Assembly (NCBI GenBank): GCA_902798105.1
Contig: CADBVG010000015.1
Span: 4,916-68,915 of the forward strand
Direction: 5' to 3'
Origin: an uncultured Eubacteriales bacterium
GTDB taxonomy: Bacteria; Bacillota; Clostridia; Christensenellales; Aristaeellaceae
Length of the DNA stretch: 64,000 bases
A program made the translations under genes and the position numbers. The notes beneath the pieces were generated by a model that saw only the letters and a list, made by a program, of their open reading frames with translations, did no database searches and had not been told where the DNA came from. Below are positions 53,133 to 61,855 of the stretch, piece after piece. The first letter of the stretch is position 1. Every line of letters starts with the position of its first letter.

Positions 53133-53145
53133 GGTGCGCCCTCCC

Positions 53146-53631
53146 CTATGCCTTCTGGCCTTCCAGGCCGGCGATATGCGCCTTCAGCGCGCGGCTCTTC
53201 GTAAAGTTGACCACCGCGGCAATAAACAGACAGGCGGCGGAGCCCACGAGATAGATCACGGCGCAGGTAAACTGCCCGTTGTTCATCGCCAGCAGCTCCG
53301 CACCGCCGACGGTGACCGTCGTCTGGTGGGCAGGCACCGGCAGTATGAATATCCGGGCGATCTGGATCACGCCCAGCACACACAGCACCCCTGAGAAGCT
53401 CTGCTTGTAGTTCTTTACGCCCTCGGAAGCCAGGAAGGCCGCCAGCATGAACACCAGGTTGTAGAGGATGGAAGCGCCCATCATCATGTTGTAGTAGTAA
53501 TCCAAATTGATTCTATAGAGGCTGACAAAGTAGAGCGCGTCCAGCACGATGGCCAACAGGACCAACCGCGATGACGTGGTGTTCTTTGTGAAGCGCATGC
53601 GATCGAGGCGAACGGACTGGTCGTTCATCAT
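53146..53631 (-). CDS. Uncharacterised 4-TM membrane protein (M2)
   Basis: Four hydrophobic helices. ATGA overlap with M1. It ends 13 nt before the ATPase start. Confidence 0.65.
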   Translation of the reverse strand: MMNDQSVRLDRMRFTKNTTSSRLVLLAIVLDALYFVSLYRINLDYYYNMMMGASILYNLVFMLAAFLASEGVKNYKQSFSGVLCVLGVIQIARIFILPVPAHQTTVTVGGAELLAMNNGQFTCAVIYLVGSAACLFIAAVVNFTKSRALKAHIAGLEGQKA

Positions 53632-54218
53632 GCCGACACCGCCTTTCCGGCTTCAATCAGTTTTTTCTCATTCTTCATCAGTGACATCTTCCAAACCGCG
53701 CTGACGATGAGCAGCGCCACGGCGATCAGCGCTACGGCGAAGATGGCAGTGTTCACATCAAACCAAAATGTCGAATCGGTATAGGTGCCCGCCCTCGACA
53801 GGCGGCGCTCCAATTGGGCAAAATCCACGGTGGACAGATACTGGGCCTTGAAGGCCGAGATCTGCCCGTGGGCCCACAGGGCCACGCCGATGTTGGCCAC
53901 GGCATTGGCGCAGATCGCCACATAGTTGCCGAGGTAATACTTCCTTCGGGAATGGGTATTGGTGATAAACAGCAGGCAGGAGACCAGGATCAGGCCGATG
54001 CCCGCCTTGAGCAGCGACTGGTTGAAGCCCTGCATGTCATAGTAGATCATGGCGCCGGCCACCTTGACGGAAGACGGGTCGTCAGGCACCGGAATCATCG
54101 TGTACAGCATATCGTACAGATCCGTCATGATGCCCAGCGCGTACAGGAACACCAGCGCGCTTGCCGCCAGGGACAGGAAGCACGCGACGCGCTGCATTTT
54201 CATCTGTTTCTTATACAT
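53628..54218 (-). CDS. Uncharacterised 4-TM membrane protein (M1)
   Basis: ORF trimmed to MYKKQMKMQRVACFL (GGGGGAAGG RBS). Four TM helices and a short basic TM2-TM3 loop (THSRRKYY). Confidence 0.65.
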   Translation of the reverse strand: MYKKQMKMQRVACFLSLAASALVFLYALGIMTDLYDMLYTMIPVPDDPSSVKVAGAMIYYDMQGFNQSLLKAGIGLILVSCLLFITNTHSRRKYYLGNYVAICANAVANIGVALWAHGQISAFKAQYLSTVDFAQLERRLSRAGTYTDSTFWFDVNTAIFAVALIAVALLIVSAVWKMSLMKNEKKLIEAGKAVSA

Positions 54219-54243
54219 GTCGACCTTCCCCCGTTCAGTGGCT

Positions 54244-54276
54244 CCCTGCCTCCCGGCCAAAGCCGGGAGACAGGGG
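54244..54276 (-). promoter_or_regulatory. Intercistronic stem-loop after the solute-binding-protein gene
   Basis: The mRNA sense is CCCTGTCTCCCGGC tttg GCCGGGAGGCAGGG, a 14-bp stem with one G-U pair. There is no U-tract. Confidence 0.7.
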
Positions 54277-54296
54277 GAATCGTTTCAGGTTGGTTG

Positions 54297-56348
54297 TTAC
54301 AGGCTGTTGTAGTAGTCCAGCAGGCGGGCCCAGGCGTCGCCCTTCAGCAGCAGGTAGTCGAAGCCGAACCAGGCGGTATCGACGGTCGCCGCGGCCTCCT
54401 CGGGGCTGGTCATGCCGTCCAGGTTGAAGCCCTTGACGATGATGTCCACGAATACGTTCTCGCCGTCCTTGGCCAGGTTGAACTTGCCGTTCGCGGTCAG
54501 CTCGGTGTAGGTGTTCAGCTCGTCGTTTTCCACCTTGGTGTTGGGCAGCACGGTGGGCACGGAGGTGTACCAGGGGTTTTCGGCGATGGCCAGCTCGGGG
54601 TGCTTGATGGTGCCCAGGCCGATGGCCGTGGAGATGTGGCCCGCGCCCTCCTTGCCGACGGCGCTGGTGCACTGGTACTCGAAGGCCTGGCTCTTGGCGA
54701 AGGACAGGGTGGAGCCCAGGTACATGCGGGCGTAGTTGGTGTAGTTGCCGCTGGCCTTCTCCCACAGCTCGGCGTAGGTGGCGTCGGCGATGACGGGCAT
54801 CTCCTTGCCGTTGAACACGAAGGTCTCGTAGCTGCCGTCTTCCTTGGTCTTGATGAAGGCGTCGGGGCCGTAGCTCATCAGGATCTGGCCCTTGTCGGAG
54901 AAGGCGTAGTCGATCAGCGCCAGCGCGGCGTTCAGCTTGGCCTCGTCGCCCTCGACGCCGGCCTTGGAGATGGCCCAGCCGTCGGTCTTCACGGAGCGCC
55001 AGGACTCGGTAAAGCGCATGTACACGCCGTCCTCATTGGTGCCGTCGTACCAGCGGGCCACGGGCACCATGACCGCCATGTACTTCTCGCCCTCCTGGAG
55101 CTTGGTCTCGTTCATGATGGTCTGGGTCTGGTTGTAATCATAGCTCATGAAGCCCAGGTCGTTCTCCAGGTAGGTGCCGCTGTTCTCGTCAGAGGAATCC
55201 AGGAACGCCTTGGAGATCAGGCCCTCCAGCGCCATGTCGTGCATGCGACCCATGGCCTCGTAGGCCTCGGGCTCCTGGCGGGCGTCATGCAGCTCGCCGT
55301 CAGTGCTCACATACAGGTAATCCTGGCGGCTCTCAAGGCCGCGCACGCCGAACAGGTGGCCGGCCAAGCGCATCATATCCACGCGGCGCTGGTTGTTGGC
55401 CTCCTCGCGGGTGAACAGGCCCTGCACGGAATCGGTGCCGTTGAGGGTCTGGGGATTGGCGACCACGCAGCGCAGCAGGGCGACCAGCTCGTCGGCATCC
55501 CAGCAGGCGTCCTGGCCAACGAACAGGTTGGAGCGCTCGGTGCCATAGTAGCCGTCATAGGTCTTGTCGATGTACTCGCGCAGCATGTTGACGGCCTCGA
55601 CGCCGCTCATGACACCCTTCTCGTTCATGACCGCCACGATGTTGCCGTAGGCGTCGTAGTTCTTATCGAGGGTCCAGGTGCCGGAGGCGTCCGCCTTCAC
55701 GGTCTCGATGCCGATGCTGCCGCTGGTGGGCATGTAGGGCTGGTAGACCGGCTCGGCGGTATCGTTGCAGGCATCGGCGGCAAACTCGCCCTCGCCGTCC
55801 AGCAGCTTCTGCACCCAGTCCACGCGCATCAGGGGCATGCGCTCGATGTCGTTGACGCCGTCAAAGTAGGGGCTGAAATAGATGGCGCCGGTGGAGGTGT
55901 TGCCGGTGATGGACAGCAGCACGATGGGGTTTTTCTCCAGATAGGCCTTGAAGTTGGGCAGCTTGTCCAGATGCTCGGACAGGTTGACCAGGCTGCCGGC
56001 CTCGCCGTACTCGGTCAGCGTGGCGGCGGTGCCGCTGATCATGTCCACCTCGTTCAGGCGGTCCTTCCAGAACTCGAACTCCTTGGAGGTGTTGTTGCCC
56101 TGGTACTTGTCCTCGAACTTCACGCCGAGGATCTTTTCCAGCTCCACCCAGGTGGGCTTCAGGTCGCCGGTGTTGTAGGTGTTGCCGTCGGCCAGGGTCA
56201 CGCCGCTGCCGGCGGTCTCGGCATCGAAGGCGATGCCCGTCTTGGTGCTGTTGTAGCCGGTAGCCATGCGCAGCACGGTGTCCTCGGCCAGCGCGGCATA
56301 GGACAGCAGCAGTACGCAGGCCAGCAGGATCGACAAGAGCTTCTTCAT
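54297..56348 (-). CDS. Extracellular solute-binding protein, LplA-like, unusually large (683 aa)
   Basis: Signal peptide MKKLLSILLACVLLLSYAALA. Family-1 SBP pattern with a long C-terminal extension. Adjacent to the LplB/LplC-type permeases. Confidence 0.9.
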   Translation of the reverse strand: MKKLLSILLACVLLLSYAALAEDTVLRMATGYNSTKTGIAFDAETAGSGVTLADGNTYNTGDLKPTWVELEKILGVKFEDKYQGNNTSKEFEFWKDRLNEVDMISGTAATLTEYGEAGSLVNLSEHLDKLPNFKAYLEKNPIVLLSITGNTSTGAIYFSPYFDGVNDIERMPLMRVDWVQKLLDGEGEFAADACNDTAEPVYQPYMPTSGSIGIETVKADASGTWTLDKNYDAYGNIVAVMNEKGVMSGVEAVNMLREYIDKTYDGYYGTERSNLFVGQDACWDADELVALLRCVVANPQTLNGTDSVQGLFTREEANNQRRVDMMRLAGHLFGVRGLESRQDYLYVSTDGELHDARQEPEAYEAMGRMHDMALEGLISKAFLDSSDENSGTYLENDLGFMSYDYNQTQTIMNETKLQEGEKYMAVMVPVARWYDGTNEDGVYMRFTESWRSVKTDGWAISKAGVEGDEAKLNAALALIDYAFSDKGQILMSYGPDAFIKTKEDGSYETFVFNGKEMPVIADATYAELWEKASGNYTNYARMYLGSTLSFAKSQAFEYQCTSAVGKEGAGHISTAIGLGTIKHPELAIAENPWYTSVPTVLPNTKVENDELNTYTELTANGKFNLAKDGENVFVDIIVKGFNLDGMTSPEEAAATVDTAWFGFDYLLLKGDAWARLLDYYNSL

Positions 56349-56367
56349 ACGATATTCCTCCTTGATA

Positions 56368-57258
56368 TTATTCCTTCACACCGCCGGCATTGGTGCCTTT
56401 GGCGAAGTACTTCTGGATAAAGGGATAGATGATCAGGATCGGCACAATGGAGCAGACGATCAGGGCGTAGATCACCGAATCCGAGGCATAGGCCTCGTTC
56501 CAGCCCGCCATGGTCTCGGAGTTGGTAAAGTCCTCCAGCGTCAGGCGGATGAACACCTGAAGGGGATGCTCATGGGCGTTGGAGATCATCTGCCGCGCCC
56601 AAAAGTAGCCGTTCCAGCGAGATATGGCGAAGAACAGCGCCACCGTGGCGATGGTGGACTTTGACATCGGTATGAACACCTTGCTCAGCACGCCGAATTC
56701 GGTCGCGCCATCCACAATGGCGGCCTCCTCGATCTCGCTGGGCACGTTTTCAAAGGCATTGCGCAGCAGTATGATGTTCATCGCCGCCATGCCCATGGCA
56801 ATGACCACCAGCCACTTGTCGTCTGTGATGCCCACGGAGTTGAACACCTGCTTGGTGGCCAGGTAGTTCAGGTACTGGGGCACGATGCCGGCGGCAAACC
56901 ACATGGTGAACACCAGGTAAAAGTTGAAGAACTTGCGGAACAACAGCCGCTTCTTGGACAGCGCGTAGGCGCCCAGTATGGCCACGCCCAGGGCCCACAG
57001 CGTGCCATAGACGGTCAGGAACAGCGTGTTGGAATAGGAATTCCAGAACATGTTGTCGTTGAACATGCGGCGGAAGGCGTCGAACTGGATGTCCTTTGGG
57101 AACAGCACCACCTCGCCGTAATCCACGGCATGGCGGCCGCTGATGGAGGCCGACACCGCGTACAGGAACGGGTACAGGCACCCCAGGGCGAAAACGGTCA
57201 AAAGCGTATAGCTGAGGATCTTGAAGATCAGCTCGGAGACTTCGAGTTTTCTTTTCAT
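56368..57258 (-). CDS. Carbohydrate ABC transporter permease (LplC-like)
   Basis: Six TM. EAA-type loop EEAAIVDGATEFGVLSKVFIPMS. Confidence 0.93.
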   Translation of the reverse strand: MKRKLEVSELIFKILSYTLLTVFALGCLYPFLYAVSASISGRHAVDYGEVVLFPKDIQFDAFRRMFNDNMFWNSYSNTLFLTVYGTLWALGVAILGAYALSKKRLLFRKFFNFYLVFTMWFAAGIVPQYLNYLATKQVFNSVGITDDKWLVVIAMGMAAMNIILLRNAFENVPSEIEEAAIVDGATEFGVLSKVFIPMSKSTIATVALFFAISRWNGYFWARQMISNAHEHPLQVFIRLTLEDFTNSETMAGWNEAYASDSVIYALIVCSIVPILIIYPFIQKYFAKGTNAGGVKE

Positions 57259-57270
57259 TTTAAGCCCCCC

Positions 57271-58329
57271 TTAGTACAGCGACACGTTGGACGCCTTGCG
57301 GGCCACCGTATTTGCGCCGATGACCAGCAGCATACCGACGACGTTGTTCATCATCTCGGCCGCGGAGGCGATACCCTTCTGGGCGCCCGCCAGGCCGTAG
57401 CGCTGGGCGAAGGTGGAGACCACGTCGGCGGTCACATAGGTGTTGGTGTTGTACAGCAGCAGCACCTTCTCGTAACCGATGTTCAGCAGCGAGCCTATGC
57501 GCATGATCAGCATGATGACGATGGTGGAGAGTATGCTGGGCAGCACCACGTAGCGCATCTGGGCCATCTTCCCCGCGCCGTCGATCTGCGCCGCTTCGTA
57601 GCTGGTGGGCGATATGGCGATGATCGCCGCGAAGAACACGATACTGTCGTAGCCCGCCGTCTCCCAAATGCCGCTGATCTGGTAGATGCCGCGGAAGAAG
57701 TTCGGGTTGTTCAGCAGGCCCGCGTTGGCGGTCTCCTGGCTGATCAAGCCCAGCCGCGCCAGGAACTGGCTGACGATGCCCGCGCCGCTGGTCAGCGAGC
57801 CCTGCTTCACCAGCATCATCACCAACGAGGTCATGACGACGGTGGACATGAACTTCGGCAGGTAGGTGAGCACCTGGTAGAAGCTCCGGGCGATGTTGGA
57901 GCGGATCTCGTTGAAAAACAGGGCCAGTATGATGGGCATCGGGAAGCCGAAGCACAGGCCGTAGAAGCTGAGCAGGAAGGTGTTGCGCAGCGCGCGCCAG
58001 AATTCCACCGACAGGCCGCCGGTGCCGCCCCCGACCAGCAGGGTCTTGAAATAGGAGAAGCCCGCAAAATACTGATCCGCGACGGGCTTGACCTGGTCGC
58101 TGACCTTGAACGCGCCCAGCAGCTCGTACATGGGCAGGTAGCGCCAAAACAGGAAGACCAGCAGGGTGGGCAGCAGCATCACGTACAGACGCCAGTCCTT
58201 GAGGATCGTGCGCCCCACGTGCAGCCAGTAGTGCTTTTCAACATCGTCGCGCACCAACTGTTCGGGGTCTTCTCGATAAGTGCCGCTGGCCTGATCGAAA
58301 ATCAGATAATCCGATCCCTTATCTCTCAT
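57271..58329 (-). CDS. Carbohydrate ABC transporter permease (LplB-like)
   Basis: EAA loop YEAAQIDGAGKMAQMRYVVLPSI. The long N-terminal cytoplasmic extension is typical of LplB-type permeases. Confidence 0.93.
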   Translation of the reverse strand: MRDKGSDYLIFDQASGTYREDPEQLVRDDVEKHYWLHVGRTILKDWRLYVMLLPTLLVFLFWRYLPMYELLGAFKVSDQVKPVADQYFAGFSYFKTLLVGGGTGGLSVEFWRALRNTFLLSFYGLCFGFPMPIILALFFNEIRSNIARSFYQVLTYLPKFMSTVVMTSLVMMLVKQGSLTSGAGIVSQFLARLGLISQETANAGLLNNPNFFRGIYQISGIWETAGYDSIVFFAAIIAISPTSYEAAQIDGAGKMAQMRYVVLPSILSTIVIMLIMRIGSLLNIGYEKVLLLYNTNTYVTADVVSTFAQRYGLAGAQKGIASAAEMMNNVVGMLLVIGANTVARKASNVSLY

Positions 58330-58913
58330 CAGAATCCTCCTCTTTCTTCCCTCTCCTGCTGTTGCAGCCTGAGCAGGTAATGGTTTTGTTCCTCGAATAT
58401 GCCGTCCAGACGACGGGCTATCCAGATCAGCACCAGCGTGAACAACAGCGTTATCACGTCGGTGGTGAAAAAGCCCAGCGCCGCCGCCGGAGAATTGCCA
58501 AGCAATACGGCGATGAGCGCCCGGCCCAACTGCATCAGCAGCGTCACGGCCAGCGCAAGCAGCAGGGATTTCGACGTGCTCTGCCGTATGCCCTCGGGCG
58601 TAACGGCTTTGATGTAAGCCAGCGCGGCCAGCGACAGCAGGTTGCCCAGGGCGTAGATGATGTAATGCTTCACCCCCGCGCCGGAGACCGCGCAGTAGAC
58701 GATGCCGCCCAGCGCGGCGTGCAGGCCCGCCCAGGGGCCCCAGCGCATCATCACGATGGTCGTGATCGCGGGCGTCACGGACACGGTATAGGGCTCGTTT
58801 GGAAACCAGCGCCTCGCGGCGGTGACGGCCAGCGTCTCGGCCACCACCAGCATCAGCGCGAACATCCCCAAATCCAGCGCCCGGTACTGTTTAACCGTTC
58901 TGCGTCTTTGCAA
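58329..58913 (-). CDS. Uncharacterised 5-6 TM membrane protein (M0), first gene of the operon
   Basis: ORF 58329..58985 trimmed to a TTG with GGAGGTG 5 nt upstream. Polytopic, with a C-terminal amphipathic tail (RRLDGIFEEQNHYLLRLQQQ). Its TGA shares one nucleotide with the permease ATG (TGATG). Confidence 0.6.
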   Translation of the reverse strand: MQRRRTVKQYRALDLGMFALMLVVAETLAVTAARRWFPNEPYTVSVTPAITTIVMMRWGPWAGLHAALGGIVYCAVSGAGVKHYIIYALGNLLSLAALAYIKAVTPEGIRQSTSKSLLLALAVTLLMQLGRALIAVLLGNSPAAALGFFTTDVITLLFTLVLIWIARRLDGIFEEQNHYLLRLQQQEREERGGF

Positions 58914-59048
58914 CCGCCCACCTCCAACCGGCAAGGGCGGGCGCTCCCCTCGCGCTCTGGATCCGCGCGACCGCACCGGGTCCATGAACCGCGCTTGTTC
59001 CCTGAATATTACAAACGCGCCACGAAATTGACACCTTGCACAATTTGA

Positions 59049-59077
59049 ATTATAACATTAGCAGCAAATTATGTCAA
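59049..59077 (-). promoter_or_regulatory. Consensus sigma-A promoter of the pectin importer/hydrolase operon
   Basis: Minus-sense TTGACA, 17 nt, TATAAT. The leader to the M0 start is about 130 nt. Confidence 0.75.
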
Positions 59078-59115
59078 TCTAATTAATAGGATAAATTATC
59101 GATTTACAGTGGGTT

Positions 59116-60189
59116 TTACCAATCGTCCCCCAGGAACACCTCGCCGTCGATGCGTATGCGGGCGGCGATCAGCTTCGCAAGGAAGAACATCAGCGCGCAT
59201 TCATCCTCCTGCCACAGGCGGCGGTTGCGGGGCTCGGCGCAGACCAGGTAGCCGTCTGTGGGCGCGTTGTCCATGCCGATGCGCACCACCATCAGTGACT
59301 CCACCTCCCACCGACTCAGTACCCCGTAGAACACAGGGCAGCGGGCTTCCACATTCGTCAGGTCGTTGGCTGCGAACAGCTCATCGCTCATCAGCCGGTC
59401 GATGTCCCCCACGTCCTCCCGGATGCCCTGCATACGAATGCCGCGCATGACCCTGTTGCGGTCGACGTAATACAGGTCCGACACCTTCAGCTCGTCGATC
59501 ATCACCGGCGCGACGGAGTGCAGCTTGTTGCGGAGCCCCGGCACCATCTCAAACATGCGCACCAGGTTTCGCATCGAGGTATAGACGCCCCGGCGGGCGA
59601 TCTGGCGAATCTGGATGTCGGCGTGCTTTTCCTTGACATATATAATGTAGCAATTCCTGCCCTTGCGCTTGCCCCGGTACAGGGTCTTGTCGATCATTTC
59701 GAACAGACTGTCGTAGGTCGTGGCGTCATCGGGATAGGTGGCGCAGCCGATGGTGCCCGTGATGAACGGGTCGCAGTCGGCCAGGGGGATGTTCTTGCGC
59801 AGCACCTTTCCGTTGCTGTACATTTCGCTGAGGAACGCCTTTTTATCGTCGTAGGCGCGATCCCGCAGGTTGATCCAGAGCAGCTCGTCTCCGCCGAAGC
59901 GTCCCGCCACGCCGTAGCCGTCCAGGTATTTCGACAGGCCGTCGGCCACGCTCACCAGCACACCGTCCCCCACGTGATGCCCATAGGTGTCGTTGATAAA
60001 TTTGAAGTTGTCCAGGTCCAGCATTCCAAAGGTGAAGGGCGTCCCCTCTTCAATCAGTGAGCGCACAAATCCGAGGATGTACTGGCGGGAAACGATGCCC
60101 GTCAGCGCGTCCAACACATAATTGATGCTGTCCTTCTCAAATGCACGCTTGAAAAAAGGATAGCGCGAAAGCTGCTCTTCGGAATACAT
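59116..60189 (-). CDS. GGDEF-domain protein (motif GGDEL) with an unassigned C-terminal domain of about 170 aa
   Basis: DALTGIVSRQY...FGMLDLDNFKFINDTYGHHVGDGVL...AGRFGGDELLW...TIGCATYPDD... is a GGDEF fold starting near residue 25. Residues about 190-357 carry no motif I recognise. Confidence 0.88.
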   Translation of the reverse strand: MYSEEQLSRYPFFKRAFEKDSINYVLDALTGIVSRQYILGFVRSLIEEGTPFTFGMLDLDNFKFINDTYGHHVGDGVLVSVADGLSKYLDGYGVAGRFGGDELLWINLRDRAYDDKKAFLSEMYSNGKVLRKNIPLADCDPFITGTIGCATYPDDATTYDSLFEMIDKTLYRGKRKGRNCYIIYVKEKHADIQIRQIARRGVYTSMRNLVRMFEMVPGLRNKLHSVAPVMIDELKVSDLYYVDRNRVMRGIRMQGIREDVGDIDRLMSDELFAANDLTNVEARCPVFYGVLSRWEVESLMVVRIGMDNAPTDGYLVCAEPRNRRLWQEDECALMFFLAKLIAARIRIDGEVFLGDDW

Positions 60190-60330
60190 GGGCGATTACA
60201 CTCCCTCTGTGTGCCAGGTGGGAACAACACAATACCTAATTACCGTTATTATATCAGCTTAACAGGGGGTATGTCCAGCGAAAAACGACAAAATTTATCA
60301 AAAATTGTTACAGGACCCGCATCCGTTATC

Positions 60331-60359
60331 TTGCCGAAGGGCACTGGGCGTGCTACAAT
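60331..60359 (+). promoter_or_regulatory. Sigma-A promoter of the GH4 gene
   Basis: TTGCCG, 17 nt, TGcTACAAT (extended -10). Confidence 0.6.
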
Positions 60360-60396
60360 GGGATGGAATGAACGGAAAACATAGGAGGTCTGGGAT

Positions 60397-61791
60397 ATGC
60401 GAGACAATCGAAAACGGGCAAGGGAGCTGCGCGTCGCTTACATCGGCGGCGGTTCGAGGGGCTGGGCCTGGGGATTCATGACAGACCTGGCCATGGACGG
60501 GGATATGTGCGGCACCGTCAGCCTTTACGACATCGACCGCCCCGCCGCCCTGCGCAACCAGCGCATCGGGACGCGCATCAGCGCTCATCCGGATGCCGCC
60601 GCCCGCTGGGAATATGAGGTGGCGGATTCCCTGGAGGGCGCGCTGCGGGGCGCGGATTTCGTGGTCATATCGATCCTCCCCGCCACCTTTGAGGAGATGC
60701 GCTCGGATGTGCACCTGCCCGAGCGGGTGGGCGTCTGGCAGCCTGTGGGCGACACCGTCGGCCCGGGCGGTTTCATGCGGGCCATGCGCACCATCCCCAT
60801 GTTCGTGGAGATCGGTGAGGCCATCCGGGCATATGCCCCCGACGCCTGGGTGATTAACTACACCAACCCCATGAGCCTGTGCGTGCGCACGCTGTACCAC
60901 GTATTCCCGCAAATCAAGGCCTTCGGCTGCTGCCACGAGGTATTCGGCACCCAGAAGCTGCTGTGCGACATGCTGGCACGGGAATACGGCATCCCCGGGG
61001 CCACCCGGCAGGCGCTGTCCACCACCGTCACTGGCATCAACCATTTCACCTGGCTGACCCGGGCGAGCTATGGGGACATCGACCTCATGCCGCTGTACGC
61101 GGCCTTTGCCGACAAGTATTATGACAGCGGCTACGACGAGGGCGGCGACGACAACTGGATGAACAACCACTTCAAATGTGCCCATCGGGTGAAGTTCGAC
61201 CTGTTCCGCCGCTACGGGGCCATCGCCGCCGCGGGCGACCGCCACCTGGCGGAGTTTACTGCCCCCTGGTACACCCGCAGCCCGGAGGAAGTGCTCGGCT
61301 GGAAGTACCAGCTGACCACCGTGGACTGGCGCGTTAAAGACCTGAGTGATCGTTTGAAGCGCTCCGACGCCCTGATCAGCGGCGCGGAGGATATCGCGCT
61401 GAAGCCCTCCGGCGAGGAGGGGCACCTGCTGCTCAAGGCGGTACTGGGGCTTGGCGACATGGCGAGCAACGTGAACCTGCCCAACCGGGGCCAGATTCCC
61501 AACCTGCCCCTGGGCAGCGTGGTGGAGACCAACGCCCTGTTCGGCATGGACCACGTGGCGCCGGTGTTCGCCGGCCCCCTGCCCGGCAACCTGCTGGCCC
61601 TGGTGGCGCGGCACGTGTACAACCAGGAAAACACCCTCGCCGCCGCGTTGGCCTGCGACCGGAAGCTTGGCTTCACCACGTTCATGAACGACCCCCAGAT
61701 GGCCGCCGTTCCCGTCCCGGAAGGCCAGCGGCTGTTCGACGACATGCTGGAAAACCAGCGGGCGTACCTGCCGGGAGGATGGTTTCGGTAA
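60397..61791 (+). CDS. GH4 glycosidase (LplD-like alpha-galacturonidase candidate)
   Basis: NAD-binding VAYIGGGSRGW, NYTNP and the catalytic region FGCCHEVFG. AGGAGG RBS. Confidence 0.9.
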   Translation: MRDNRKRARELRVAYIGGGSRGWAWGFMTDLAMDGDMCGTVSLYDIDRPAALRNQRIGTRISAHPDAAARWEYEVADSLEGALRGADFVVISILPATFEEMRSDVHLPERVGVWQPVGDTVGPGGFMRAMRTIPMFVEIGEAIRAYAPDAWVINYTNPMSLCVRTLYHVFPQIKAFGCCHEVFGTQKLLCDMLAREYGIPGATRQALSTTVTGINHFTWLTRASYGDIDLMPLYAAFADKYYDSGYDEGGDDNWMNNHFKCAHRVKFDLFRRYGAIAAAGDRHLAEFTAPWYTRSPEEVLGWKYQLTTVDWRVKDLSDRLKRSDALISGAEDIALKPSGEEGHLLLKAVLGLGDMASNVNLPNRGQIPNLPLGSVVETNALFGMDHVAPVFAGPLPGNLLALVARHVYNQENTLAAALACDRKLGFTTFMNDPQMAAVPVPEGQRLFDDMLENQRAYLPGGWFR

Positions 61792-61796
61792 AAAAT

Positions 61797-61838
61797 GCGG
61801 GGTTCAAAGTAACCGGTTTCGGTCACTTTGAACCCCGC
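61797..61838. terminator. Bidirectional terminator between the GH4 and aminotransferase genes
   Basis: 14-bp arms GCGGGGTTCAAAGT / ACTTTGAACCCCGC, preceded by AAAAAAT. Confidence 0.75.
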
Positions 61839-61855
61839 CATCAATTCTGTGAGGC

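Noticed and set aside
53814-56420. 868-aa plus-strand ORF opposite the SBP and M1 genes
   Set aside because: It is antisense to a clear solute-binding protein. The translation is a G/V/A/L/H/D low-complexity string.
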